From a virus, in the IMG/VR virus record IMGVR_UViG_3300005095_000179, positions 13,138 through 77,137 of that record: a stretch of DNA of 64,000 nt, one strand, 5' to 3'. Positions 1 through 8,175 of the stretch are shown here, in pieces; the first letter of the stretch is position 1, and the number at the start of each line of letters is the position of its first letter. Made by a program: the position numbers and the translations under genes. Below the pieces are notes generated by a model. It did no database searches and was not told the origin of the DNA. It saw nothing but the letters and a program-made list of their open reading frames with translations.

Positions 1-823
1 AGGCACTATCGACGTGGTCTGAATGGAAATTATATTTGACTTCTGAAGTATTATCTCCAGGATAATACAAGGCACTTGTATCAGCAATAGAGTCGTCTAC
101 CCCGTTTCTATCATTTGCTTTAAATTGATGATGAATGAGAGTCTTTTCCCAATTCCCTACATCACCACCGCCTGAAGTTTCTCCATCTGAGTTATCTACT
201 AAAGTTATTACACCAGAGTCATTACTTGACTCCAATCTTCCGTGTTTAATATCCCAGTCATCTCCAATAAACTCTACGACAGTGACCCAAACCTTAGTTA
301 AAAGTTCATCACCCCCTCTTCTTATGTTCAAAGTAGAACTATCAGATAACCAAGCAATAGCAGTAGCAAGGTCAGCGTCGTCACCGCCAGAAGTGTTCAT
401 AATACCAGAGATGAATGGGATACATTTATCCTTATTAGTCACTCCTGAAATACTAACTGATGTAGAATTTATTCCATCTAAATCTACCTCATAGCTTCCT
501 ATAACTTTAAACTCTGTTCCTTCACCTTGAGCACCAGTGTATTCCCAAACTTCCCAGTGAAATCTTGTACTTCCAGTTGCTACAGTAGCATTAGAGTCTC
601 TATAGAATGTTAGTGTACTTTCATCAGTTAAAGTGATTCCACCAGAAATATCTCTAATTTCTAAGTCATCGCCTGAACCGTCTTGACCAGCACTTTGCCT
701 CCTGTTGTTTGTATTGACAACAAATGCGTTAGATAACGAAGAAACACTTTCATCTAAAGTTACCGTGGCTCCGTCTAAAGGAACATCAGTGAATCCTCGT
801 TGTACTTTAACAAAAAATCCCAT
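1..823 (-). CDS. virion structural / tail-fibre-associated protein (runs off window edge)
   Basis: Not in ORF track. ATG at 823 reads MGFFVKVQRGFTDVPLDGATVTLDESVSSLSNAFVVNTNNRRQSAG...; directly follows the 832..2046 gene. Confidence 0.7.
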   Translation of the reverse strand, partial: MGFFVKVQRGFTDVPLDGATVTLDESVSSLSNAFVVNTNNRRQSAGQDGSGDDLEIRDISGGITLTDESTLTFYRDSNATVATGSTRFHWEVWEYTGAQGEGTEFKVIGSYEVDLDGINSTSVSISGVTNKDKCIPFISGIMNTSGGDDADLATAIAWLSDSSTLNIRRGGDELLTKVWVTVVEFIGDDWDIKHGRLESSNDSGVITLVDNSDGETSGGGDVGNWEKTLIHHQFKANDRNGVDDSIADTSALYYPGDNTSEVKYNFHSDHVDSA

Positions 824-831
824 TTCAATTC

Positions 832-2046
832 CTAATCATTTTTATAATTTCTATCGTAGAACTGTTCTAGTTTAAATTCTTGGTCTTCTTCTATATTAAC
901 ATTCTTAAATTCAATGATTCTGTAATTTAAGCTAACCACTCTAATATCATAAGTGCCTGTTTTAACTGAAGTTTCCCAAGTATCTGAAGCATTCTCTACT
1001 CCAGCTACTTCTTCTGTAGTTCCAGCGTTGAATATTCTAATTTCAGTATTATCTTTTAGGTTAATGAACTTTACATTATGATAGTTGATAATTTCTACTT
1101 CTCCACCCCACGGTGCTCCTGAAATGGAAGCGTTAGAACCGTTAGTATTAGTCCAAGTTAATTTTCCTGGTCCAGACCATAATATATGTAAACTACACAA
1201 GTTATCGAAAACTATTCCATCAGCACTTAAATCCAAGTCGCTATCTGATACAATTTCAATACCACAAGGACAGTTTGGTATTTCTGTCCCAGCTAAATTA
1301 TCTAAATCTGATTGACTTGAAATAGTATATTCTGGGAGAACTCCTTTCTCAAAGAATTCTTTTCTGATAGTTTCTGTAGTGATAGAAGAAGCTGTATCTC
1401 CTTGCCACCATCCCCAATAATTCCAAGAACCTATTGGTGAAACGATATGAATACCAAGCCCACCAACTGAGTTATCTTTTCCTCCAATTGTCGCAGGTGC
1501 TTTTACATCAGGTCGTTGAGAACCATTTGGAATATTATCGTTAGACAACAATTGAGGAACTCCGTCTAACCAACCCTTAGTATAATTCCCATAATCATCA
1601 TTTTCGTGCTGGAGTGCGAAATGATATACTCTTCCTGGATATATGGGGGTATCACCAAAAATCTGGTTACAGAATTCTCTCCCGTCCCAACTAGAGTACA
1701 CTTCATAGATAACATTATTTCCGAATCCCATATGTATTGAAAGAGCATTTGCAGCGGCTCCGTCCCCTACAATATTGGTAATTGGTTGGTCCCATATTTC
1801 AGTTTTAAACCACCCAGCAACAAATACTTGGTCAACTGCTTGGATATAATCAGAACCGTCTAAATCTAGTGCTGCTCCGACTGATTCAACTGTCATTGAA
1901 TATGTGGCATCTTTTGTGATAGGAGGGTGGTCCCAGATTACATCTTCATCATCTGAACCTAGAGAATTTACTATATCAGTACCATCTCCGTCAAGGGGAA
2001 ATAAATGTTTTGGTTGTGTTGATAGTATATCATCTTTATAAGACAC
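832..2046 (-). CDS. LamG/concanavalin-A-like domain virion protein
   Basis: Motifs FPLDGDGTD, FVAGWFK and YHFALQH...GWLDG resemble the LamG fold; GGAGGG RBS; late promoter at 2095. Confidence 0.6.
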   Translation of the reverse strand: MSYKDDILSTQPKHLFPLDGDGTDIVNSLGSDDEDVIWDHPPITKDATYSMTVESVGAALDLDGSDYIQAVDQVFVAGWFKTEIWDQPITNIVGDGAAANALSIHMGFGNNVIYEVYSSWDGREFCNQIFGDTPIYPGRVYHFALQHENDDYGNYTKGWLDGVPQLLSNDNIPNGSQRPDVKAPATIGGKDNSVGGLGIHIVSPIGSWNYWGWWQGDTASSITTETIRKEFFEKGVLPEYTISSQSDLDNLAGTEIPNCPCGIEIVSDSDLDLSADGIVFDNLCSLHILWSGPGKLTWTNTNGSNASISGAPWGGEVEIINYHNVKFINLKDNTEIRIFNAGTTEEVAGVENASDTWETSVKTGTYDIRVVSLNYRIIEFKNVNIEEDQEFKLEQFYDRNYKND

Positions 2047-2094
2047 TTTCCCCTCCAGAATTTCAGTTATTTAGATTCGTTTTGAATTTTATAG

Positions 2095-2101
2095 TATTTA
2101 A
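2095..2101 (-). promoter_or_regulatory. late promoter TTAAATA
   Basis: Recurrent intergenic motif resembling the T4 late promoter TATAAATA. Confidence 0.6.
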
Positions 2102-2122
2102 TTTAAGGAGAGATTTAGAGGG

Positions 2123-2148
2123 TAAGAAACGTCAAAAGACGTTTCTTA
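2123..2148. terminator. perfect 11-bp hairpin (terminator or mRNA-stabilising stem)
   Basis: TAAGAAACGTC-AAAA-GACGTTTCTTA just after the stop of the 2152..3546 gene; no clear U-tract. Confidence 0.55.
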
Positions 2149-2151
2149 AGG

Positions 2152-3546
2152 TCAGTCGTTTCTAAAGTTTCTTTCTAGAGCAGAAACGAGTGAGATTGAG
2201 TTGCTGTTCGATCTAGTGATAGTTCCGTTTGCCTTAACATACTGAGCTTTATCAGTACCAATAGCAACAACTGAAACAGGAGCGTCAGTTCCTGGGGTTC
2301 TACCGCCTTGGTCGTTACCATCATAGTCGAATGTGAATTGAACTTGAGGCCCAGTTACCTCTCCTGCAATGTCAACACCGTTTTTATCCTGTACAATAAT
2401 CGCATCAGAGTCACCGAAGTTGTTCCCATTAGCGTCTGTAAAGAACATTCTGTAGATAGCAGGTCCACTGTCTTGTACGAGGTTGTCGTTGAAGTTCAGA
2501 CTTCCTGCCGCAACGAATGGAAATACTCTCTTAGCACCATTGATATCGAAGAATTCAATACGGTTGATATCGATTTCAGCGAAGTTGTCAATGAAAACTC
2601 CATCTGATGTTACCAATGTATCACCGACGAAACTTAGTAAGTCGTCTGCTGTCTTACCAATTACAGTACCAGAACCAGCATCGATGTCACTATCTTGTCT
2701 TAGTTGATATTGAACAAATTCGTAAATCTCTTCAACTGTTGGGAAATTCCCATCATCACTAACGTCAGCATCAATGATTATATCAAACTCATAATCGTCA
2801 GAACCAATAGTTCTAGTCTGAGGATCAGCGTAATAAGTGATTGACATATCAGTGTATGGAAGTTCATTAGCTACTGTTGTATCATCGTGAGTAATTTTAA
2901 GGTCATCGCTGTTAGCTAGTGGGAAACGATATGCTTGGTAGTTAAATGTCGTAACCCCGATGTCTGACATTTGAGACTGAGCATATTGCTTTTGGTACTC
3001 ACGAACGAATATCTTAAAGTAACTCTTATAATCTTCTGCACTTGAGTTATCAACACCATTACCACTACCGTCACCAAAAACTTTAATACACTGGTTTACT
3101 GGACCAGTTAATACGACGTCTGTTGGAGAACCGTCTACTTCTTGTTGGTAATAAACTTGGTCTGTATCGCCAAGAGTACCTAGAGTAATAACTCCTACAT
3201 ATTCTTCAGCTGACGAACCGTCTTCGTTTTTAATAGCGAAACCACCATCCCTGAATAAGTTTACAGTATCTACATTTTCAGGTTTCCAAGAGTCAATAAA
3301 TTCGAATTGCTCTGGTGTAATCGCTAGCATAGGGAAAGGATATTTGATTAGTTCATCATCATCTTTCCATTCTTCTTTTAAGTATGAATATAACGCTTGG
3401 ATAGTAACACCATCAGTCGTAAGGTCTCCGTAGATTCCAAGAGTGATAGTTTTAGTTCCAGCATCAATCCAAATGTTCCCGTCATTTCCAAGTTCGGCTT
3501 TAGCACTTGCGCGAACAAGTAAATCTGGGTCAGTGATCTTTGCCAT
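2152..3546 (-). CDS. virion structural protein (acidic, beta-rich)
   Basis: 464 aa; AGGAGG RBS; own late promoter (3614) and downstream hairpin, suggesting an abundant structural protein. Confidence 0.6.
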   Translation of the reverse strand: MAKITDPDLLVRASAKAELGNDGNIWIDAGTKTITLGIYGDLTTDGVTIQALYSYLKEEWKDDDELIKYPFPMLAITPEQFEFIDSWKPENVDTVNLFRDGGFAIKNEDGSSAEEYVGVITLGTLGDTDQVYYQQEVDGSPTDVVLTGPVNQCIKVFGDGSGNGVDNSSAEDYKSYFKIFVREYQKQYAQSQMSDIGVTTFNYQAYRFPLANSDDLKITHDDTTVANELPYTDMSITYYADPQTRTIGSDDYEFDIIIDADVSDDGNFPTVEEIYEFVQYQLRQDSDIDAGSGTVIGKTADDLLSFVGDTLVTSDGVFIDNFAEIDINRIEFFDINGAKRVFPFVAAGSLNFNDNLVQDSGPAIYRMFFTDANGNNFGDSDAIIVQDKNGVDIAGEVTGPQVQFTFDYDGNDQGGRTPGTDAPVSVVAIGTDKAQYVKANGTITRSNSNSISLVSALERNFRND

Positions 3547-3613
3547 ATGTTCCTCCTAATAGGTTACTATTTTCATTGAGGAATTTAAGTATCTTATGAT
3601 ACTTCATTTTATA

Positions 3614-3620
3614 TATTTAA
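3614..3620 (-). promoter_or_regulatory. late promoter TTAAATA
   Basis: Upstream of the 3546 start. Confidence 0.65.
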
Positions 3621-3660
3621 TAGTTTGTGATTTTTTATTGAAGAGTTTAAGATAGTTTTT

Positions 3661-3690
3661 ATAAAGATAGAGAGGAATTTCCTCTCTATC
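3661..3690 (-). terminator. intrinsic terminator
   Basis: GATAGAGAGGA-N3-TCCTCTCTATC stem followed by TTTAT on the minus strand, after the 3698..4444 gene. Confidence 0.65.
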
Positions 3691-3697
3691 ATGAAGA

Positions 3698-4444
3698 TTA
3701 AACGACTGTTCCTGTTGCATCGACCCAATCAGTACCATTATACCAAATTGGTTTGTTTAGGTCTGTATCAAAATAGTTCTGATATAGTACTGGACTTGCT
3801 GGTCTTGAAGCACTATCACCTCCAGCATTAATAGTCCCCTTTACTGAAGAATAGTCTGGGTCTATTACTGTTCCAGAATCATATCCTTGAACAGTAACTC
3901 CTATATCAGAATCAGTTAGTGCTTCATCTAAATAGATATCCTGAGTTACAGAAATATAACCTAGTTTAGTCTTCTCTGAGTCAGTTACATATCTTTTATC
4001 AGTTGTGTCTGAAATATCTGAAGTACTAAGGACAACTACACCAGTCTTTCCATTCACTGAAATAACGTCTGAACTTTCTTGAATATCAATCCAATTTGTT
4101 CCGTCATAAATATATGTTTGAGGAGTTCCGTCTCCTTTATCAGTTACCTTAACGACATCACCTTTCTGAACTGTTAAAGAATCTCTACTTGAGATATCAC
4201 TTACTACATAAACATCAGTTATAGCTAAAGACGGTAAGTGTGAAGTCGGGATAAGAGAGTTAGAGTCTAAAGGACAAACTCCATTAGCTACACCGATATC
4301 ACTAGGAGTAAGTGCTCCAGATAAAATATCAGAATATAAAACCTTTCTTACAGAATTCTCTCCCGTTACTTGTGCTATAAAAATATCTGTAGTTTGTAAT
4401 TCATTAGTTATTAAATCTAGGTCATTTGGTAAAAATCCAGCCAT
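3698..4444 (-). CDS. tail-fibre-associated protein
   Basis: NGVCPLDSNSLIP, VISVNGKTGVVVL and YFDTDLNKPIWYNGTDWVDATG are motifs typical of phage fibre proteins. Confidence 0.65.
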   Translation of the reverse strand: MAGFLPNDLDLITNELQTTDIFIAQVTGENSVRKVLYSDILSGALTPSDIGVANGVCPLDSNSLIPTSHLPSLAITDVYVVSDISSRDSLTVQKGDVVKVTDKGDGTPQTYIYDGTNWIDIQESSDVISVNGKTGVVVLSTSDISDTTDKRYVTDSEKTKLGYISVTQDIYLDEALTDSDIGVTVQGYDSGTVIDPDYSSVKGTINAGGDSASRPASPVLYQNYFDTDLNKPIWYNGTDWVDATGTVV

Positions 4445-4454
4445 GTGTTTCTCC

Positions 4455-5309
4455 TTAAGTTAAAAGCGTATCGCCATTTTCATTTATTAAAAGTTCTTTG
4501 TCGTCACCAACCATCAACGGTAAGTGAGGTATGAACTCGTCTTCGTGTGACCATCTTATATTATTCTCATCTAAGCAGTGATACGAAATGACTAAGTTAG
4601 TGAACTTATCTTCCAATTGAACTTCTTCACCGAAACTTAATCCGTACCAATAACTTCCGAATTTTATAGAGTGAGTGGTGTTTTTATTCTTATTACTAAA
4701 AGTTATAGTTCCATTATAACCTTTTCTTATATTCAAAGGTCTCTTTAAAGAAACCTCAACACCATTCTCATTATCGCATTCTATCGTGAAATTTCTTTCT
4801 CTTTCAAGGTCTAGTTCGATATCAGAAAACTCAAGAGTAACAACTTTAGAGTTAGATTCTTCTACACCATGAGTATATTCTACAGTAGAGATATTTTTTC
4901 CATCTGATACTTTAAGAAGCTCTCTTGTTTGTTCAGGAGTTCTAATTTGTCCGTCTTTATAGACTTCAAATGCATTTTTTCTTTCAGAGTCTGATATTCC
5001 AATACCAATCTCTTTAATTGTATCGTTACTTTCACCTTTATTGAACACACCACTAGCGTTAGAAGCAAAGTTTTTTGCAACTGTCCCGTAACCTTCAGCG
5101 TGAGAAGCTTCTCCAGTGGCTATACAGTATTCTCCCTCAGCGTGAGAAGCTTGTCCAATTGATCCAGTATTTATTCCTTCAGCGTGAGAAGAACGTCCTT
5201 GAGCTTGAGTTAGTTCTCCCTCTGAGTGAGAAAAATCACCCAAAGCAAGGGTGTCTTTACCTTCTCTATGGGAAGCCTTCCCTAATGCTCCTGGGATTAA
5301 ATCACTCAT
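4455..5309 (-). CDS. adhesin-like fibre protein with YadA-head-like 14-aa SHAEG repeats
   Basis: Repeated (A/S)SH(A/S)EG units; C-terminal domain resembles that of 10975..11979. Confidence 0.65.
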   Translation of the reverse strand: MSDLIPGALGKASHREGKDTLALGDFSHSEGELTQAQGRSSHAEGINTGSIGQASHAEGEYCIATGEASHAEGYGTVAKNFASNASGVFNKGESNDTIKEIGIGISDSERKNAFEVYKDGQIRTPEQTRELLKVSDGKNISTVEYTHGVEESNSKVVTLEFSDIELDLERERNFTIECDNENGVEVSLKRPLNIRKGYNGTITFSNKNKNTTHSIKFGSYWYGLSFGEEVQLEDKFTNLVISYHCLDENNIRWSHEDEFIPHLPLMVGDDKELLINENGDTLLT

Positions 5310-5319
5310 CTAAATCTCC

Positions 5320-5935
5320 TTAGTACCCAGATCCACTACCTGAACCAGACCCGCCACCTGAACCAGATCCACTACCTGAGTCGTCATATCCGTCATCAGT
5401 TCCTGAACCACTATCGTCAGTTCCTGAACCACTATCGTCAGTTCCTGAACCACTATCGTCAGTTCCTGAACCACTATCGTCAGTTCCTATCGTCAGTTCC
5501 TGAACCACTATCGTCATATCCGTCATCAGTTCCTGAACCACTATCGTCAGTTCCGCCTTCTGTTGTACCATCACTGTAAGATATAGGACTTTCCCAAACT
5601 AAATAATTCCCAGATGGTAAAGATACTCCGTTCTCATTAGAAGGATCGTACCCTTTGATTATTAGTTGAGCAACTATTGTTCCAGAAGTTTCGTTCTTAA
5701 AGTAAAGTTTATCTACAGAGTTTAGTAAAAGAGAATTACCATTCCAAAGGAATAATGAAGTTTGCACACCTTGTCCGATTGCTTCTGTGTAAAATTCAGA
5801 ATTTGGTTCAATGGTAATATCACTTGTGTATAAATAACTATAATTCTCATTCAGAGTGATAGTTGCTTGTTGGTTCTTACTTACTAATTTAATAGATGGA
5901 TATCCATCTAAATTTGTCGGTTTAGTTATAGCCAT
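5320..5935 (-). CDS. hypothetical virion protein with Ser/Gly/Asp-repeat tail, frameshifted near 5488
   Basis: ORFs 5480..5935 and 5320..5574 join into one 207-aa ORF if one repeat unit lacking 8 nt is restored. Confidence 0.6.
5335..5555. repeat. 21-bp tandem repeat encoding GTDDSGS
   Basis: Unit CGTCAGTTCCTGAACCACTAT repeated about 7 times, with variants. Confidence 0.95.
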
Positions 5936-5953
5936 AAAATCTCCTTATTTTAG

Positions 5954-5960
5954 TATTTAA
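5954..5960 (-). promoter_or_regulatory. late promoter TTAAATA
   Basis: About 19 nt upstream of the 5935 start. Confidence 0.65.
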
Positions 5961-5964
5961 TAAT

Positions 5965-6447
5965 TTATTCATCACAACAATCATCACAAGCATAATCCGT
6001 ATCAGCTCCACTAGGGATATTCAAGTAATTTAATGGACACTCAGGTAGTTTATGATTATGACAATCATACCAAGCCCAACCAAAGTCAGTCCCTGAACTA
6101 ACATCGAGCTGAGGGAATGAGGTTAATGATGAACAATTATACCAAGCATTACCAAAGTCATTCCCTGAACTAGCATCGAGCTGAGGGAATGAGGTTAATG
6201 ATGTACAATAACCCCAAGCCCAACTAAAGTCAGTCCCTGAACTAACATCAAGTTGAGGGAATGAAGTTAACGAGGAACAATATCCCCAAGCACTACTAAA
6301 GTTAGTTATCTTACTTTCATCTTCAGCACTCACAACAAATTCTGTCATATTTTTACATGAAGAAAACAAGTAATAATAACTCGTTCTATTCCCGTATCTT
6401 ATAATCTCACCTTTAGTAACTTTATCTCGATTACTTGTTGGATACAC
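5965..6447 (-). CDS. BspA/DUF285-like LRR module with Cys-rich cap (probably the C-terminal part of 6468..7190)
   Basis: Three 24-aa repeats CxSLTSFPQLDxSSGxDFxxAWxx; GTG start has no Shine-Dalgarno. Confidence 0.65.
   Translation of the reverse strand: MYPTSNRDKVTKGEIIRYGNRTSYYYLFSSCKNMTEFVVSAEDESKITNFSSAWGYCSSLTSFPQLDVSSGTDFSWAWGYCTSLTSFPQLDASSGNDFGNAWYNCSSLTSFPQLDVSSGTDFGWAWYDCHNHKLPECPLNYLNIPSGADTDYACDDCCDE
6061..6279. repeat. three 72-bp tandem repeats (LRR units)
   Basis: Near-identical TGAGGGAATGA(A/G)GTTAA...CCCTGAACTA units at 72-nt spacing. Confidence 0.9.
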
Positions 6448-6551
6448 GGTATCATTCGTAATAACGTCTATGTGTAACCGTTAGTTACTGGTCTAGTAAT
6501 ACCATCACTCCAACCAAGTTCTTCAGTTGTATAGTATCTTACGATTCCTTC
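6277..6551. repeat. ~275-bp direct repeat, copy 1
   Basis: Nearly identical to 7291..7570. Confidence 0.95.
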
Positions 6552-7190
6552 ACACTTAGATAACCTAAGTGTTCCGTTATCATTCCACAATGCGCCTTCG
6601 ACACAAGGAGGATAAGAAGGTAATTTCAATAAAACTCCACTTTCTAGATAACTTTGAGTCGCAACATCCTGGTCTTCCTGAGGAGTATAATCAACTTCAA
6701 ATTCCGTACTACCGTCAAGTTTAAAGTATTTATCAACTCCTGCTTCTTCTACACAGTCATCCAAATATTCTTTAGTAGCTACATCTAAATCATCCTGAGG
6801 ATAATACCCATCAACCATCGAGTACGAATATTTCCCAATATAAGGGAACTTATCACTTGAGTGGAAATTAGGTTCTAAATTATCTTCCAACCATTGTTCA
6901 TCAGAGACTCCCCACTTAATCTCTCTCCAAGAACCATTTTCTTTTTTGAATTCTCTTTCACCAAAAACAAAAACGTCTCCGTCAGTTCCTATGTCATCAG
7001 TGGGTTCATCATCTCCGAAATGTACATAGTTACTTACTCTCCAAGAATCCCACTCCTGCCAATGAATTTCCCCATTAACAAGAAATCCGATTTCTTTTGT
7101 ATCAGTAGCGAACACTAATTCATTTTCTTTCAGGACATTATAAGTGAAAGAAAGTTTTTCACCACTTCTAAGAATAATTCCAGTTTCCAT
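6468..7190 (-). CDS. tail-fibre protein with Mtd_N/hyaluronidase-like N-terminal anchor
   Basis: IILRSG...VLKENELVFATDTKEIGF matches the common anchor pattern; also D(D/Q)xDVATKxY motifs. Confidence 0.6.
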   Translation of the reverse strand: METGIILRSGEKLSFTYNVLKENELVFATDTKEIGFLVNGEIHWQEWDSWRVSNYVHFGDDEPTDDIGTDGDVFVFGEREFKKENGSWREIKWGVSDEQWLEDNLEPNFHSSDKFPYIGKYSYSMVDGYYPQDDLDVATKEYLDDCVEEAGVDKYFKLDGSTEFEVDYTPQEDQDVATQSYLESGVLLKLPSYPPCVEGALWNDNGTLRLSKCEGIVRYYTTEELGWSDGITRPVTNGYT

Positions 7191-7200
7191 CTAATTTCCT

Positions 7201-7461
7201 TTATTCATCACAACAATTATCACAAGCGTTACTTGTGTCAGCACCATCAGGAATATTCAAGTAATTCAATGGACACTCTGGGAGCTTATGACAATATCCC
7301 CAAGCACTACTAAAGTTAGTTATCTTACTTTCATCTTCAGCACTTACTACAAATTCTGTCATATTAGTACAATAATAGAACAAGTAATTATAACTTGTTC
7401 TATTCCCGTATCTTATAATCTCACCTTTAGTAACTTTATCTCGATTACTTGTTGGATACAC
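7201..7461 (-). CDS. second copy of the Cys-capped module, lacking LRR repeats (probably the C-terminal part of 7466..8173)
   Basis: Paralogous to 5965..6447; no Shine-Dalgarno before the GTG. Confidence 0.6.
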   Translation of the reverse strand: MYPTSNRDKVTKGEIIRYGNRTSYNYLFYYCTNMTEFVVSAEDESKITNFSSAWGYCHKLPECPLNYLNIPDGADTSNACDNCCDE

Positions 7462-7570
7462 GGTATCATTCGTAATAACGTCTATGTTCTATGTAACCGT
7501 TAGTTACTGGTCTAGTAATACCATCACTCCAACCAAGTTCTTCAGTTGTATAGTATCTTACGATTCCTTC
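7291..7570. repeat. ~280-bp direct repeat, copy 2
   Basis: Nearly identical to 6277..6551. Confidence 0.95.
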
Positions 7571-8173
7571 TTGTACTCCGTAATACACCAATGATCCTTC
7601 TGGAACTCCATAGTAAACTATTGATCCTTCTGGAACTCCATAGTAAACTATTGACCCTTCTGGAACACCGTAATACATAATAGAGTCTTCTGGAATTTCA
7701 TCTGTTGGTCTATCTTCACCAATTGGTCCAGTTATCAACGCTACATAAGTAGAAGTTGTGTATCCCTCACAATAAGAAAATTCACCAATAGCGTGTGAAT
7801 TAAACCCAACAGCGAAAGAATTATCCCCAGTCGCTCCTTGGTTAGTAAACCCACCATTCGTCATTGAGAAATCTACTGCTCTTTCACCTATATTCCCGTA
7901 ATAATTAGGATTTTGACCATAAATTCTCCATCCAGTCTTTCCGTTCTCTTCTATCCTTTCGAGTTCACTTTGTTTACCCAAGTAATCCCAGTGATCTTCC
8001 ATATCGAAGAATTGTTCAATAGTAGTAGAGCTTGTCACATAAGAATTTTTCAACTTAGTGACTATTTTAGTCTCACCGTCGAAATCAATAACTACTATCG
8101 CACCATGGATAGGAACTTCATCTACTTGTGTAGAGAACTTATCATTAAAAACAAATATTGGTGTAGATTTCAT
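7466..8173 (-). CDS. tail-fibre-associated protein
   Basis: Shares a GxxAVDFS/SFAVG segment with 8176..9777; TTAAATA at 8199..8205 upstream. Confidence 0.6.
   Translation of the reverse strand: MKSTPIFVFNDKFSTQVDEVPIHGAIVVIDFDGETKIVTKLKNSYVTSSTTIEQFFDMEDHWDYLGKQSELERIEENGKTGWRIYGQNPNYYGNIGERAVDFSMTNGGFTNQGATGDNSFAVGFNSHAIGEFSYCEGYTTSTYVALITGPIGEDRPTDEIPEDSIMYYGVPEGSIVYYGVPEGSIVYYGVPEGSLVYYGVQEGIVRYYTTEELGWSDGITRPVTNGYIEHRRYYE
7565..7695. repeat. 30-bp tandem repeat encoding PEGSIVYYGV (about 4 copies)
   Basis: CCTTCTGGAAC(T/A)CC units at 30-nt spacing. Confidence 0.9.
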
Positions 8174-8175
8174 TG

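Noticed and set aside
5335-5555. CRISPR-like array
   Set aside because: Head-to-tail repeats without unique spacers; they encode a peptide repeat.
6468-6470. Stop-codon reassignment or readthrough
   Set aside because: Readthrough would not restore the frame, and TAA, TAG and TGA all end conserved genes normally.
6277-7570. Diversity-generating retroelement (TR/VR pair)
   Set aside because: Mismatches are not confined to adenines of one copy (e.g. TTT/TTC, AAA/ACT), and no reverse transcriptase is visible in the window.
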